Source: Leptolyngbyaceae cyanobacterium
GTDB taxonomy: Bacteria; Cyanobacteriota; Cyanobacteriia; Phormidesmidales; Phormidesmidaceae
Direction of reading: 5' to 3'
Assembly: GCA_965263355.1 (NCBI GenBank)
Contig: CBDHHL010000032.1
Coordinates: 3,136,001-3,200,000 of the forward strand
Length of the DNA: 64,000 nt
The stretch's first letter is position 1, and the number at the start of each line of letters is the position of its first letter. The position numbers were made by a program, and so were the translations under genes. The notes beneath the pieces are model-generated. The model saw nothing but the letters and a program-made list of their open reading frames with translations, was not told where the DNA came from and did no database searches. This document shows positions 31,648 to 40,650 of the stretch, in pieces.

Positions 31648-32103
31648 CTATTTCACAACCGGTCGAGCTACTTTCCATTTACCAAAAATAGCCTTGATTT
31701 GGTGCAACTTAAACGGTTTACTGACGAAATCATCCATACCAGCTGCCAAACAAGCATCTTCATCTTCTTGCTGCACATTAGCCGTGACCGCAATAATCTT
31801 TGGACGATATTCCCCCCATTTTTCGATAATTTTCTCTGTTGCCTCTAAGCCACCCATCTCAGGCATTTGAAGATCCATAAAAATCATGTCATAACGCTTA
31901 TTTTTCAATGCTTCTAGAACTTCCACCCCATTAGTAGCCAGATCACCCGAGTAACCCAATTGGGACAAAATCCGTAGCATCACCATTTGGTTGACGGGAT
32001 GATCCTCAGCCACTAAAATCTTGAGCCCATGATGACTACCATTGAGCTGGGCACCCCCTGAGGATGAGAAATCTTGAGAGATAGAACTCCTAATCTTATG
32101 CAA
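31648..32103 (-). CDS. Single-domain response regulator
   Basis: LVAED, FMDLQMPEMGG, VTA, FVSKPF. Confidence 0.9.
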   Translation of the reverse strand: MHKIRSSISQDFSSSGGAQLNGSHHGLKILVAEDHPVNQMVMLRILSQLGYSGDLATNGVEVLEALKNKRYDMIFMDLQMPEMGGLEATEKIIEKWGEYRPKIIAVTANVQQEDEDACLAAGMDDFVSKPFKLHQIKAIFGKWKVARPVVK

Positions 32104-32124
32104 TTCTGGGACCTGAGAAATCGA

Positions 32125-32355
32125 TTAACCCAATTGGGCTACAACCGACCCCGTTGCATTTCCGTGCCAAGGAAACTGTTCAAGATATTCTTTCCAGAAT
32201 TTAGCAAGCTTGGCGATTAGTTGTTCTGTGTAATGATATTCTTTGCGAAAAAAGAGACTAATACTAAACGTGGTGAGGCATGTAATTGCTAAAATAGGCC
32301 AACCTATGTTGAGTGGTAAAGCTTCATTCATAATTGAATAATTGTTCAGACTCAC
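32125..32355 (-). CDS. Short hypothetical ORF, possible cassette remnant
   Basis: 76-aa ORF with one TM segment in AT-rich DNA downstream of the attC-like site. Confidence 0.3.
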   Translation of the reverse strand: MSLNNYSIMNEALPLNIGWPILAITCLTTFSISLFFRKEYHYTEQLIAKLAKFWKEYLEQFPWHGNATGSVVAQLG

Positions 32356-32563
32356 TTCCTACAGGACAATCTTTCAGTTAAAGGTTCTTCAATTAAGGTA
32401 ATAGGCTACCAGATTCAAGATATTACCTGCTACCCTCGGCTCAGAATCGTACAAAGAGCTTTCAATGTATACAACTCAAGCAATATCTTGAAAATCAGTA
32501 TTTTCGGTTTTTAATATTTTTTTCAGATTGACCTGACATTTACATTTACGAATCGAAGTCTAC

Positions 32564-32656
32564 GCCTAACGGCCCCTGTCAGCGGTGCGACTAAGTCTTA
32601 AAAAAGTGCCCGAGCATTTTGTGATTCGTAGAATCCTCTGCACGCGCTAGTTAGAG
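32564..32656 (-). other. Integron attC-like recombination site
   Basis: Minus strand CTCTAAC-TAGCGC-GTGCAGAGG ... CCGCTGAC-AGGGGCC-GTTAGGC: R'' L'' L' R' layout with an extra base in L''. Confidence 0.6.
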
Positions 32657-32715
32657 TGGATAGATGGAAAGCGTCAAGATAGTCACCTTCACTCTGCTGA
32701 CAAAACAACTAACTC

Positions 32716-33291
32716 CTACAAGGATCCTGAATTATCCGGTTTGACGATTAACATGCCCATAACTTCAGCTTTTTGACTGGGATCAGTTGTTGTCACAACA
32801 ATATTCAATTCCCCATCACTCAGATCAACCGGATAAGGCCCAAACCGCGACCAGCCCCTATAAGGCAAATTCCCCATCTCGGTCTCAACCACCTCACCTT
32901 CAATATCTACACTCATAATGCGTTGAGCCCCCCGCTGGTTTTCCATAAACCAGAAATAAATCTCATACTCAGCACCATAGATGATTTGATCAATATTCAA
33001 ACGACCCGTTTTGGCAATGCTGCTGTTAAGTAGTAGCTGAGTAGTCTCATCTGTCGCTGGCTGTGGCTGCAGGTCGGTGGTCAGTTCTTCCACATCCCGC
33101 AGCATCATGCCATTGGCCTTGGAGTCCGCCTGAGATGTCCAACGATAGCCGCCGGTTTCAAAACCACCTTTGCCATTAAAGTTGACCCCGCGAACTAAGG
33201 CCCCCTCAATGGGTGGCAGGTCCACGGGGGCGGTTGCACCGCTGCAAGCCGATAGCAGGGCTGTGGCAATTACGATCAGAGAGAGTCGCAT
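32716..33291 (-). CDS. Lipoprotein with malectin-like domain
   Basis: LSAC lipobox; GVNFNG...YEIYFWFMEN...R.MSVDIEG...V.LSDG.LNI. Confidence 0.7.
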   Translation of the reverse strand: MRLSLIVIATALLSACSGATAPVDLPPIEGALVRGVNFNGKGGFETGGYRWTSQADSKANGMMLRDVEELTTDLQPQPATDETTQLLLNSSIAKTGRLNIDQIIYGAEYEIYFWFMENQRGAQRIMSVDIEGEVVETEMGNLPYRGWSRFGPYPVDLSDGELNIVVTTTDPSQKAEVMGMLIVKPDNSGSL

Positions 33292-33369
33292 GGTTGCACC
33301 TTATCAGAGAGAATCTGGCCCAAGTTTATCGAGGTTAACCCCAATCGTCAGAAAAGCAGCTGCAAAAAT

Positions 33370-34710
33370 TTAAGACTGTGTCCGCTCTAACCAGCCACGC
33401 ATTTTGCCAGGATTCAATAACCCGTAGGGATCAACCTTAGCCTTAAACGCCACCTGGGTTTGATTAATTTCCTTGCGTCCTCCATCTTCCAGGATGTACG
33501 TATGGGGATTGGCAATAAAGGCTCCCTGAGTCTCGTGATAGCGAATAATCTCATTGAGTCGGTCTTCAGTGGTGTAACGCACCAGCTGCAGAGCGGCTGG
33601 ACATACCTGTCCGTGAACCCGAAAGAACTCCAGGTGCATCATTACCTCATCTCCAAAGTGGTCGTACATTTGCTCTAACAGCTGCATCTTTGGGTCGTAG
33701 GGAAATAGCGTTTGCAAATATGTCAGACTGGTATCCACATTGCGGGCATGTAAGGTCGTGTGATTCCAGGTAAATTCTGCCAGGGCCGCCCCTTTTTTAG
33801 CTTCCTGGGCACTTTTTTCATAGGTGATGGTGCCCCCCAAGGCATTGACCAATTCCCTAAACGGTTCTAACGATGATTCTGCAATCATCACCAGGGCTGC
33901 TGTTTTGCCCGTTGGCAAAGCCTCTTGCAACGCTGCGAAATAACTGGGAATGGGCCAGGCATGGATGCTAATCAGCTTTTTGATAATGCCGTCTGCCTCG
34001 CCCAGGATATAGCCAAACCGAGCCGCAGTCATAAAGTCATCAAAGGTGACAATTACCTCTGCCCAGGGATAAGCAGGCCCTAACGGGATCTCTAGCTCAG
34101 TAATAATGCCATTGGTGCCGTAGGCATGGTTTACTTTTTGCACCTCGTCACCCCGCAGTTCTAAAATGCGTGGCTCATCTTCCATGGTGACCACACGTAC
34201 GGCTTGCAGATTGCCGCGATCGGCCAGCTGACCATAGGTAATGGAGCCAATGCCACCGCTCCCACCACCAATAAATCCCCCAATCGTAGCAGTTCGATAG
34301 GTGGAGGGAGCCATGCGAATTTCCCAGCCCTGTTCGCGGGTGATTTTATCAATAGCTGCGAGTTTAGCGCCTGCTTCGACACAGGCTAGACCAGGCTTGA
34401 CCCATTTCACGCGGTTTAGCAAACTCAGGTCCAAAATTATCCCACCTTCAAGGGGAATACACTGACCATAGTTACCGGTACCTGCTCCTCGTACTGTCAG
34501 CGGTGTCTTGGTCTGAACACATGCTTTGGCGACTTGGAGAATCTCAGTTTCGTTGGTCGGTCGGACCACAAGATCGGCTACTTTATCCTCTAGCTGGGCG
34601 GCCAAAACTGGGCTGAAGTGATAGTAGTCCTTAGAGAGCTTAGCGACCTGGCTGGGATCTTGGATCAGGGTGAGATCGTTCAGTAGAGGAAGTAGGGCGG
34701 GGTTGGGCAT
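33370..34710 (-). CDS. FAD-binding oxidoreductase
   Basis: RGAGTGNYGQ, ATIGGFIGGGSGG, DPYGLLNPGK. Confidence 0.92.
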   Translation of the reverse strand: MPNPALLPLLNDLTLIQDPSQVAKLSKDYYHFSPVLAAQLEDKVADLVVRPTNETEILQVAKACVQTKTPLTVRGAGTGNYGQCIPLEGGIILDLSLLNRVKWVKPGLACVEAGAKLAAIDKITREQGWEIRMAPSTYRTATIGGFIGGGSGGIGSITYGQLADRGNLQAVRVVTMEDEPRILELRGDEVQKVNHAYGTNGIITELEIPLGPAYPWAEVIVTFDDFMTAARFGYILGEADGIIKKLISIHAWPIPSYFAALQEALPTGKTAALVMIAESSLEPFRELVNALGGTITYEKSAQEAKKGAALAEFTWNHTTLHARNVDTSLTYLQTLFPYDPKMQLLEQMYDHFGDEVMMHLEFFRVHGQVCPAALQLVRYTTEDRLNEIIRYHETQGAFIANPHTYILEDGGRKEINQTQVAFKAKVDPYGLLNPGKMRGWLERTQS

Positions 34711-35000
34711 AGGGAGAGGGGGAGCAAGGGGAGCAGAGGAGAGGGGGAGACGTTGCAAGACGCACAGATCCCACCGTAAGGGTCAGGGAAAATGCCTTAC
34801 CTACCTCTACAGTAGGAGTAGTGTGACAAGAATTTCCAACCGAATCAAGATAAATTCTGTTGGCATCCGCTTGCCATAATGCATAAACAGCAAAACAGCG
34901 ACCCTAAGGCCGCTGCTTAAAACGCTGTATGAACTTTTTTAATCCTAAAGTAAAACTATTTGAGTACTTTAGTTAGATAGTCCGGCTATTGGGCCATTAT

Positions 35001-36098
35001 CTAGTTCAACGTTGTTAACGCAACACAAGACAAAAGACCTGCCAGCAGGTAGAAAACACTCACCACTTGAATTTCAGACCAGCCGGATAGCTCAAAATGA
35101 TGGTGCAAAGGAGCCATTTTGAACAGTCGCTTACCTTTTCCATCGGGACCCTTGGTGGCCTTGTAGTAACTGACCTGCATGATCACTGATACAGTCTCAG
35201 CTACAAATAGCAAGGTGATGATCAATAGCGCAAACAGGTGGCCACTCAAAATGCCAACAGCGGCTAAGGCACCACCCAGTGCTAAAGAACCAGTATCGCC
35301 CATAAAGACCTTGGCAGGGTTACGATTGTGGGTCAGAAAACCAACGCAGGCACCCGCCATTGCAGCGCAGAAAACCATCAGCTCTGGATAGTCTGGGGCA
35401 ATCAAAGCGCCTAGACCTAGCAGTGCGATCGCACCCGTACCCCCCATCAGACCATCCACACCATCGGTCAGATTAGTCGCATTGCTCTCGGCCACCATGG
35501 TAAATCCAGCCAGGGGCCAAAACAGAAATCCTAGGGGCAACAGGATGCCGAAGGGCAACGCAATTGTCGTAATTTCAGCTGTTTGAGTCGCCATGGCCCA
35601 AGCACAAAACACAATGGCAAACCCAATTTGTAGCGCCAGCTTCATTTTGGGAGAAATACCTTTGTTGGAGCGACGCTTTAGTACTTGCCAGTCGTCAATC
35701 CAACCGATAAAACCGTAGGCTAAGGTTAAGACACAAACTGCCACCGTATTGATGGCACCCCCCGAGGCTAGAATGGCCACTAGCAACGCCACGGGCACGA
35801 AAAATATGCCGCCCATGGTAGGAGTCCCAGCCTTTTTTAAATGTGCTTTTGGCCCCTCTTCTCGAATAAATTGACCTGCTTTGAGCTGCTTGAGAATTGG
35901 TACCACACCATACCCTAGTAAAGCAGCCCCAACAGCTGATATCAGAAATGGCATTAGCAGGCTTGACTGAGTTAACCAGTCACGACCTGCCCAAATATCT
36001 AAACCAGCTGCTAAACATGACAGCGTGCCCATTAAAAGCACCGAAAGGCCAGTACCTGTTAGGGCCGTTGCCCTAGAGGTAAAGAATTTAGCATCCAC
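35001..36098 (-). CDS. mraY: Phospho-N-acetylmuramoyl-pentapeptide transferase
   Basis: GTPTMGG, IDD, NLTDGVDGL, FMGDTGS, MAPLHHHFE. Confidence 0.97.
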   Translation of the reverse strand: MDAKFFTSRATALTGTGLSVLLMGTLSCLAAGLDIWAGRDWLTQSSLLMPFLISAVGAALLGYGVVPILKQLKAGQFIREEGPKAHLKKAGTPTMGGIFFVPVALLVAILASGGAINTVAVCVLTLAYGFIGWIDDWQVLKRRSNKGISPKMKLALQIGFAIVFCAWAMATQTAEITTIALPFGILLPLGFLFWPLAGFTMVAESNATNLTDGVDGLMGGTGAIALLGLGALIAPDYPELMVFCAAMAGACVGFLTHNRNPAKVFMGDTGSLALGGALAAVGILSGHLFALLIITLLFVAETVSVIMQVSYYKATKGPDGKGKRLFKMAPLHHHFELSGWSEIQVVSVFYLLAGLLSCVALTTLN

Positions 36099-36106
36099 AA
36101 CTCACG

Positions 36107-36125
36107 TCCTTCACACACCACACAC
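36107..36125 (-). promoter_or_regulatory. Predicted Yfr1 sRNA target site in mraY 5' leader
   Basis: mRNA reads GUGUGUGGUGUGUGAAGGA over the RBS, complementary to the Yfr1 core ACUCCUCACAC(CACAC). Confidence 0.6.
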
Positions 36126-36368
36126 TTCAAGCGTTTAGCCCCTCTTTCCGTACAGAATATACTGCAGATAGGAGTGCTAAATGAACAAATCGGCCTCACT
36201 TTATCGATTCTCTAGTGAATATTGCTAAAAGTCTAGGAATCTAGGCTACAAAATTGCTAAGTATAAAGGCTTATTGATTACGTAACCTTATGTATTAATT
36301 GTCTTAGTCCAAGTTGAAATCTGTAGATTCTTTACTGGAATAACGACCGATCTGGACATGGGCAAGGT

Positions 36369-36614
36369 TTATTCATCAGGTTCATCATCATCTGAGCTAT
36401 CGTCCGAATCGTCAAAGCTGGCATCATCGCTACCCATCAGATCGGAAATTTCTTCGCTATCGGCTTCGTCAGGAATGTTTTCTACAGATTCGCGAGGAAT
36501 CAAGCGACCTGTACTTTCCAGCCAGCGCAAAATTGAAGAGTCACCCCGTTCTGGAATGACTGCTGCATGCTGTTGCCGAGGGATTTGTTGTACGGAGGGA
36601 TTGTATTTAGTCAT
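36369..36614 (-). CDS. DUF3134-like small protein
   Basis: NPSV...PR...A.VIP...SIL.WLESTGRLIPR plus acidic tail; upstream of mraY. Confidence 0.8.
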   Translation of the reverse strand: MTKYNPSVQQIPRQQHAAVIPERGDSSILRWLESTGRLIPRESVENIPDEADSEEISDLMGSDDASFDDSDDSSDDDEPDE

Positions 36615-36963
36615 ACGCGTTTAGGGTTGAAATTAGCCTTGGGTAAATAACTATACCTAACTCTTATGGCAAAAAATAGAGTTCAATCTACGAGATGTAT
36701 CGTGCAAACTACGCATCTTGAAAACTACCGTTTCCTACATACGGATTATGTGAATCCCTGCATCAAAATATACAGTACCTAAGAAGGCACCACGAATGTG
36801 GCTCAATCTGGGGGCGAATGTTCAGCATTTCTTACCATGCCATGTCAATAAAGTATGAAAATATGTTTGTGTCAAGTCCCTAGAAATAATTATTTTCTAG
36901 TCCTTGAAATATGCAGCGATATGGTTAGGCTTTTGTTTGCTGCGCTGATGTTTGCTACTACAA

Positions 36964-37560
36964 ATGCCAATGCTTGAAAAAACTGACCTATTAGATGCGA
37001 TCGCACCCACCAATCGTGGTTTATTGGCAGCTCCTGAGCAAAAACAAGACATCCTAGACAAGATTGCCCGATTGGAGACCTGCAATCCCACGCCCATGCC
37101 CTTGCAGGCAGGAGAGCTTTTGAATGGCAACTGGCAGTTGCTGTACACCACCAGTGCCGAGCTTTTAGGAATTGACCGATTTCCCTTACTGGCCTTGGGC
37201 AATATCTACCAGTGTGTACGGATGGAACAACAACGGATCTACAATCTGGCGGAAATCAGGTCGGTTATAGGGGGTTTGGTCTCTGTAACCGCTACGTTTA
37301 AGGCTGTGTCCGACCAGCGAGTAAATGTTAGTTTTGATCGCGCTATTTTTGGGTTGCAATCTACCCTGGGTTATCAGAATCCGGATCAGTTTATTCAGGC
37401 GATGCAGCAAACGGAAAAATTCAATTTGCTCAAGGGCATTGATTTTGGTGTGAGTTCGAACCGGGAACCTGGCTGGTTGGACGTAACGTATCTAGATCAA
37501 ACCATGCGCATTGGTCGGGGTAACCAGGGTAGCGTATTTGTCCTGAGGAAGGTGGTGTAG
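36964..37560 (+). CDS. PAP/fibrillin family protein
   Basis: NRGLLA, LE..NPTP, L.G.W.L.YTT, YLD..MRIGRGN.GSVFVL. Confidence 0.9.
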   Translation: MPMLEKTDLLDAIAPTNRGLLAAPEQKQDILDKIARLETCNPTPMPLQAGELLNGNWQLLYTTSAELLGIDRFPLLALGNIYQCVRMEQQRIYNLAEIRSVIGGLVSVTATFKAVSDQRVNVSFDRAIFGLQSTLGYQNPDQFIQAMQQTEKFNLLKGIDFGVSSNREPGWLDVTYLDQTMRIGRGNQGSVFVLRKVV

Positions 37561-38337
37561 GTGCTACCGGTTCTTGCGCTTTCACAGTCGCATCTGACAT
37601 TGTTGGAAACCTGTCCGCGACGGTTTCAGTACATTTTTGATCAGGCGTTAGCTGTCCCCCCATCGCCTGAGGGGAAAGAGGCCGCCTTGTGGGGCAGTCA
37701 ATTTCATCTCTTAATGCAGCAACAGGCGTTGGGCATTCCCATTGATGCCATGGTTATGGCTAACAAGGATATGGCGGCTAAGGTTGAGGCGCTCAGGCAA
37801 AAGGCTCCCCACTTGTTTCAGCCAACGCCTGATGAACAATTACGGCAAAGTGAGCATCAGCGGACGCTGGCGTTTAATGGATATGTGTTTACTGTCATCT
37901 ATGATTTGGTGGTACTCACGGCTAACTCGGGGCTCATCGTTGATTGGAAGACTTATCTAAAACCGCCATCGCAGGCTCGTCTTGCCCGTGATTGGCAAAC
38001 CCGTCTCTATTTATACGTATTAGCTGAAACCAGTGAGCTGGCACCTGAGCAGGTAACCATGGCTTACTGGTTTGTCCGTCACCGAGATCGACAGCAGCAA
38101 GATTTACCCCCTAGCGCCTATCGATATGTGTATAGCTTGCAGCAGCATGATCAAACCAGAGCCGACCTATTGAGACTGACTGATCGTCTATCTAACTTGC
38201 GTCAGCGAGTGGAGTTTCCTCAAACTGATAACCTCGACTGCTGTACCCACTGCCCCTTTCAGATTCGGTGTCAGCGCCGGGACGAACCAGACTTACTGGT
38301 TAATTTGGATGCGATTGACGAAATTTCGCTGAATTGA
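37561..38337 (+). CDS. PD-(D/E)XK nuclease (RecB/AddB/Cas4-like)
   Basis: CPRRFQY, G..FH, YDL...IVDWKT, Q..LY, C..CPF...C. Confidence 0.88.
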   Translation: MLPVLALSQSHLTLLETCPRRFQYIFDQALAVPPSPEGKEAALWGSQFHLLMQQQALGIPIDAMVMANKDMAAKVEALRQKAPHLFQPTPDEQLRQSEHQRTLAFNGYVFTVIYDLVVLTANSGLIVDWKTYLKPPSQARLARDWQTRLYLYVLAETSELAPEQVTMAYWFVRHRDRQQQDLPPSAYRYVYSLQQHDQTRADLLRLTDRLSNLRQRVEFPQTDNLDCCTHCPFQIRCQRRDEPDLLVNLDAIDEISLN

Positions 38338-38489
38338 GCTAGATAAATCTAATTAAACAATGGAATTAGAAATACCCTATTGAAGGGTCTGGCTTTTTTG
38401 CAGGTGGTTAACTAAACTTAAAATATAGATATAAGTAAATCATTTCTGGTTTCGAATAGATTTCAGTAAATGATATTTGAAGTTATCGG

Positions 38490-38624
38490 CTAGTGCAGCG
38501 TTAAAGCTAAACGTTTGGGTTGGTTACTGATAAAGAGTGAAGGGTAAAGAGTGACTCTTCATCCCTTTAAACTCTTTACTCTTTACCCGTCTTACCCGAA
38601 ATATTAGGCTTGACAGACCGCTAG
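38490..38624. mobile_element. MITE-like repeat (copy 3) upstream of ndhF3
   Basis: CTAG at both ends; termini CTAGTGCAGCGTTAAAGCTAA and TTAGGCTTGACAGACCGCTAG match the 12.9-kb copy. Confidence 0.65.
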
Positions 38625-38735
38625 GTGAAAGATTGCTCTGATTGGAGCTGGGGATTACTCCGATCACAGTTTTTGGTATCTGTTTGATTGGCGGATGCAA
38701 TGTTATGTCCCTGATGTTGCTCTCTAAGTTTCTTC

Positions 38736-40598
38736 ATGGCTGAGATTTATTTGCAGACCGGATGGCTGATTCCGCTTTATCCACTAATCGGCACGCTGTT
38801 GACAATTCCTTGGATGTCTCTCCGGCGTACTGGGCCTCGTCCGGCCGGATATATTAATCTTTTGACAACAGTGATTGCTCTGATTCATACCTTGTTATGT
38901 TTGCAGGCTGTCTGGGGTCAGGAGGCAATGCGCTGGTCGTTTACCTGGTTGCAGGTAGCTGATCTTTCAGTTTCATTGCCATTTGTGTTGTCTTCCCTGA
39001 ATCTGGCAGCGGTCATGATGGTGACCGGTTTGAATCTGCTGGCCCAGGTCTACGCCATTGGCTATTTGGAAATGGATTGGAGTTGGGCTCGCTTATATGC
39101 CTTACTCGCCATATTTGAGGCCGGGATGTCAGCGCTGTTGCTGTGCGACTCGTTGTTCTTTAGCTATATGATGCTGGAGATTTTGACTCTGGGAACCTAC
39201 TTGATTGTTGGTTTTTGGTTCAATCAGCCTCGAGTGGTGACAGGGGCACGGGATGCGTTTTTGACAAAACGGGTGGGCGATTTAATTCTGTTAATGGGGG
39301 TTATTGCGCTGTATCCTTTGGCGGGTACCTGGAACTATAGTGAGCTAGCCGAGTGGGCCAGTACTCAGCCGATTAGTGGTTCTACAGCAACACTGCTGGG
39401 TTTGGCGCTGCTGGCGGGACCCGTTAGTAAATGTGCGCAGTTTCCTTTGCACTTATGGTTAGACTCCGCCATGGAGGGACCGCTGCCGACAACTATTTTG
39501 CGGAACTCTGTGGTGATTCCGGTGGGTGCCTGGGTATTGATTAAACTTACGCCAGTCTTTGCGTTGTCCTCAGTTGTAGACAATGTGGCAGTGGCCATTG
39601 GTACGGTGTCGGCCATTGGAGGGGCATTGATTTCCATCGCTCAGGTGGATATGAAGCGGGTCTTGTCCTATCTGACGAGTGCGTTTATGGGGCTGGTTTT
39701 TATTGCGGTGGGGACTTCCCAGGTTGGTATTGCGTTCTTCCTGTTGATGAGCTTTGCGGTTGCGATCGCAGCCCTGATTGCCAGTACCGGGTCTGTCATT
39801 CTCAACTGTGTGACCCAGGACTTGACCCAGGTGGGTGGTCTTTGGTCCCGTCGTCCGATTACGGGGCTATCTTTTATCTTCGGAGCCTTAGGGCTATTGG
39901 GCTTACCTCCCTTTGGTGGGTTTTGGTCAATGCGATTTTTAGAAACCAGTCTCTGGTACGAGGGGCAGATTGTCCCATTTGTCATTGTTTTGGTGATTAA
40001 TGGCCTTTGCGCCTTAAGTTTAGTGCGCATGTTCTGCCTAATCTTTTGTGGTAAGCCTACACCAATGAGCAGTCGGGCGCCAGAACCCATTTGGTCTGTG
40101 GTGATTCCCATGGTAGCAATGGCCGCGTTGACTTTGCATGTACCCATCGTCTTGGAAACCCTGAAACTCTTACCTCTGACTCAAACAGCGATTGGTAATG
40201 TGGGCTTGCTCATAATTGGGTCTAGTGTTGTTGGTCTAGGATTGGGTATGGTCCTGTACGGCACACCGCGAGAGAAACTGCCAACGGACTCTTTGCCTGG
40301 ATGGTTGGTTAATCTTGTTGCCGACGACTTCTATACCAGCGGTCTATATCAAAACCTCTTTATTTGGCCAGTAGCTACCACAGCCACAGTCTTTAACTGG
40401 CTAGAACGCTACGTGATTGACGGCGTTGTCAACCTGGTGGGGGTGGTGTCACTGCTCAGTGGTGAGACCCTCAAGTATAGCAATGTGGGACGTTCTCAGG
40501 TTTACGTTCTCACTATTGCAGTGTGTGTAGTGCTGCTGGGGCTATTCATGAGTTGGAGCTATTTTCCTAACCTTGGTCATGTTGCCTTTAGTTTTTAA
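38736..40598 (+). CDS. ndhF3: NDH-1 CO2-uptake subunit F3
   Basis: RTGPRPAGY, ARDAFLTKRVGD, KCAQFPLHLWL, GGLWSRRP; operon with cupA/cupS. Confidence 0.9.
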   Translation: MAEIYLQTGWLIPLYPLIGTLLTIPWMSLRRTGPRPAGYINLLTTVIALIHTLLCLQAVWGQEAMRWSFTWLQVADLSVSLPFVLSSLNLAAVMMVTGLNLLAQVYAIGYLEMDWSWARLYALLAIFEAGMSALLLCDSLFFSYMMLEILTLGTYLIVGFWFNQPRVVTGARDAFLTKRVGDLILLMGVIALYPLAGTWNYSELAEWASTQPISGSTATLLGLALLAGPVSKCAQFPLHLWLDSAMEGPLPTTILRNSVVIPVGAWVLIKLTPVFALSSVVDNVAVAIGTVSAIGGALISIAQVDMKRVLSYLTSAFMGLVFIAVGTSQVGIAFFLLMSFAVAIAALIASTGSVILNCVTQDLTQVGGLWSRRPITGLSFIFGALGLLGLPPFGGFWSMRFLETSLWYEGQIVPFVIVLVINGLCALSLVRMFCLIFCGKPTPMSSRAPEPIWSVVIPMVAMAALTLHVPIVLETLKLLPLTQTAIGNVGLLIIGSSVVGLGLGMVLYGTPREKLPTDSLPGWLVNLVADDFYTSGLYQNLFIWPVATTATVFNWLERYVIDGVVNLVGVVSLLSGETLKYSNVGRSQVYVLTIAVCVVLLGLFMSWSYFPNLGHVAFSF

Positions 40599-40650
40599 AT
40601 CGGCTAGTTGTTGTCAAAGTCTTTAATCTCCTTATAACTCATCAGAAGCT

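Noticed and set aside
34711..34750. Purine-rich GGGGAGCA repeats as coding N-terminal extension
   Set aside because: Short tandem repeat typical of cyanobacterial intergenic DNA; ATG 34710 is the more plausible start
37561..38337. Cas4-like nuclease as sign of a CRISPR-Cas locus
   Set aside because: No repeat-spacer array or other cas genes in the window; stand-alone PD-(D/E)XK nuclease in a housekeeping context
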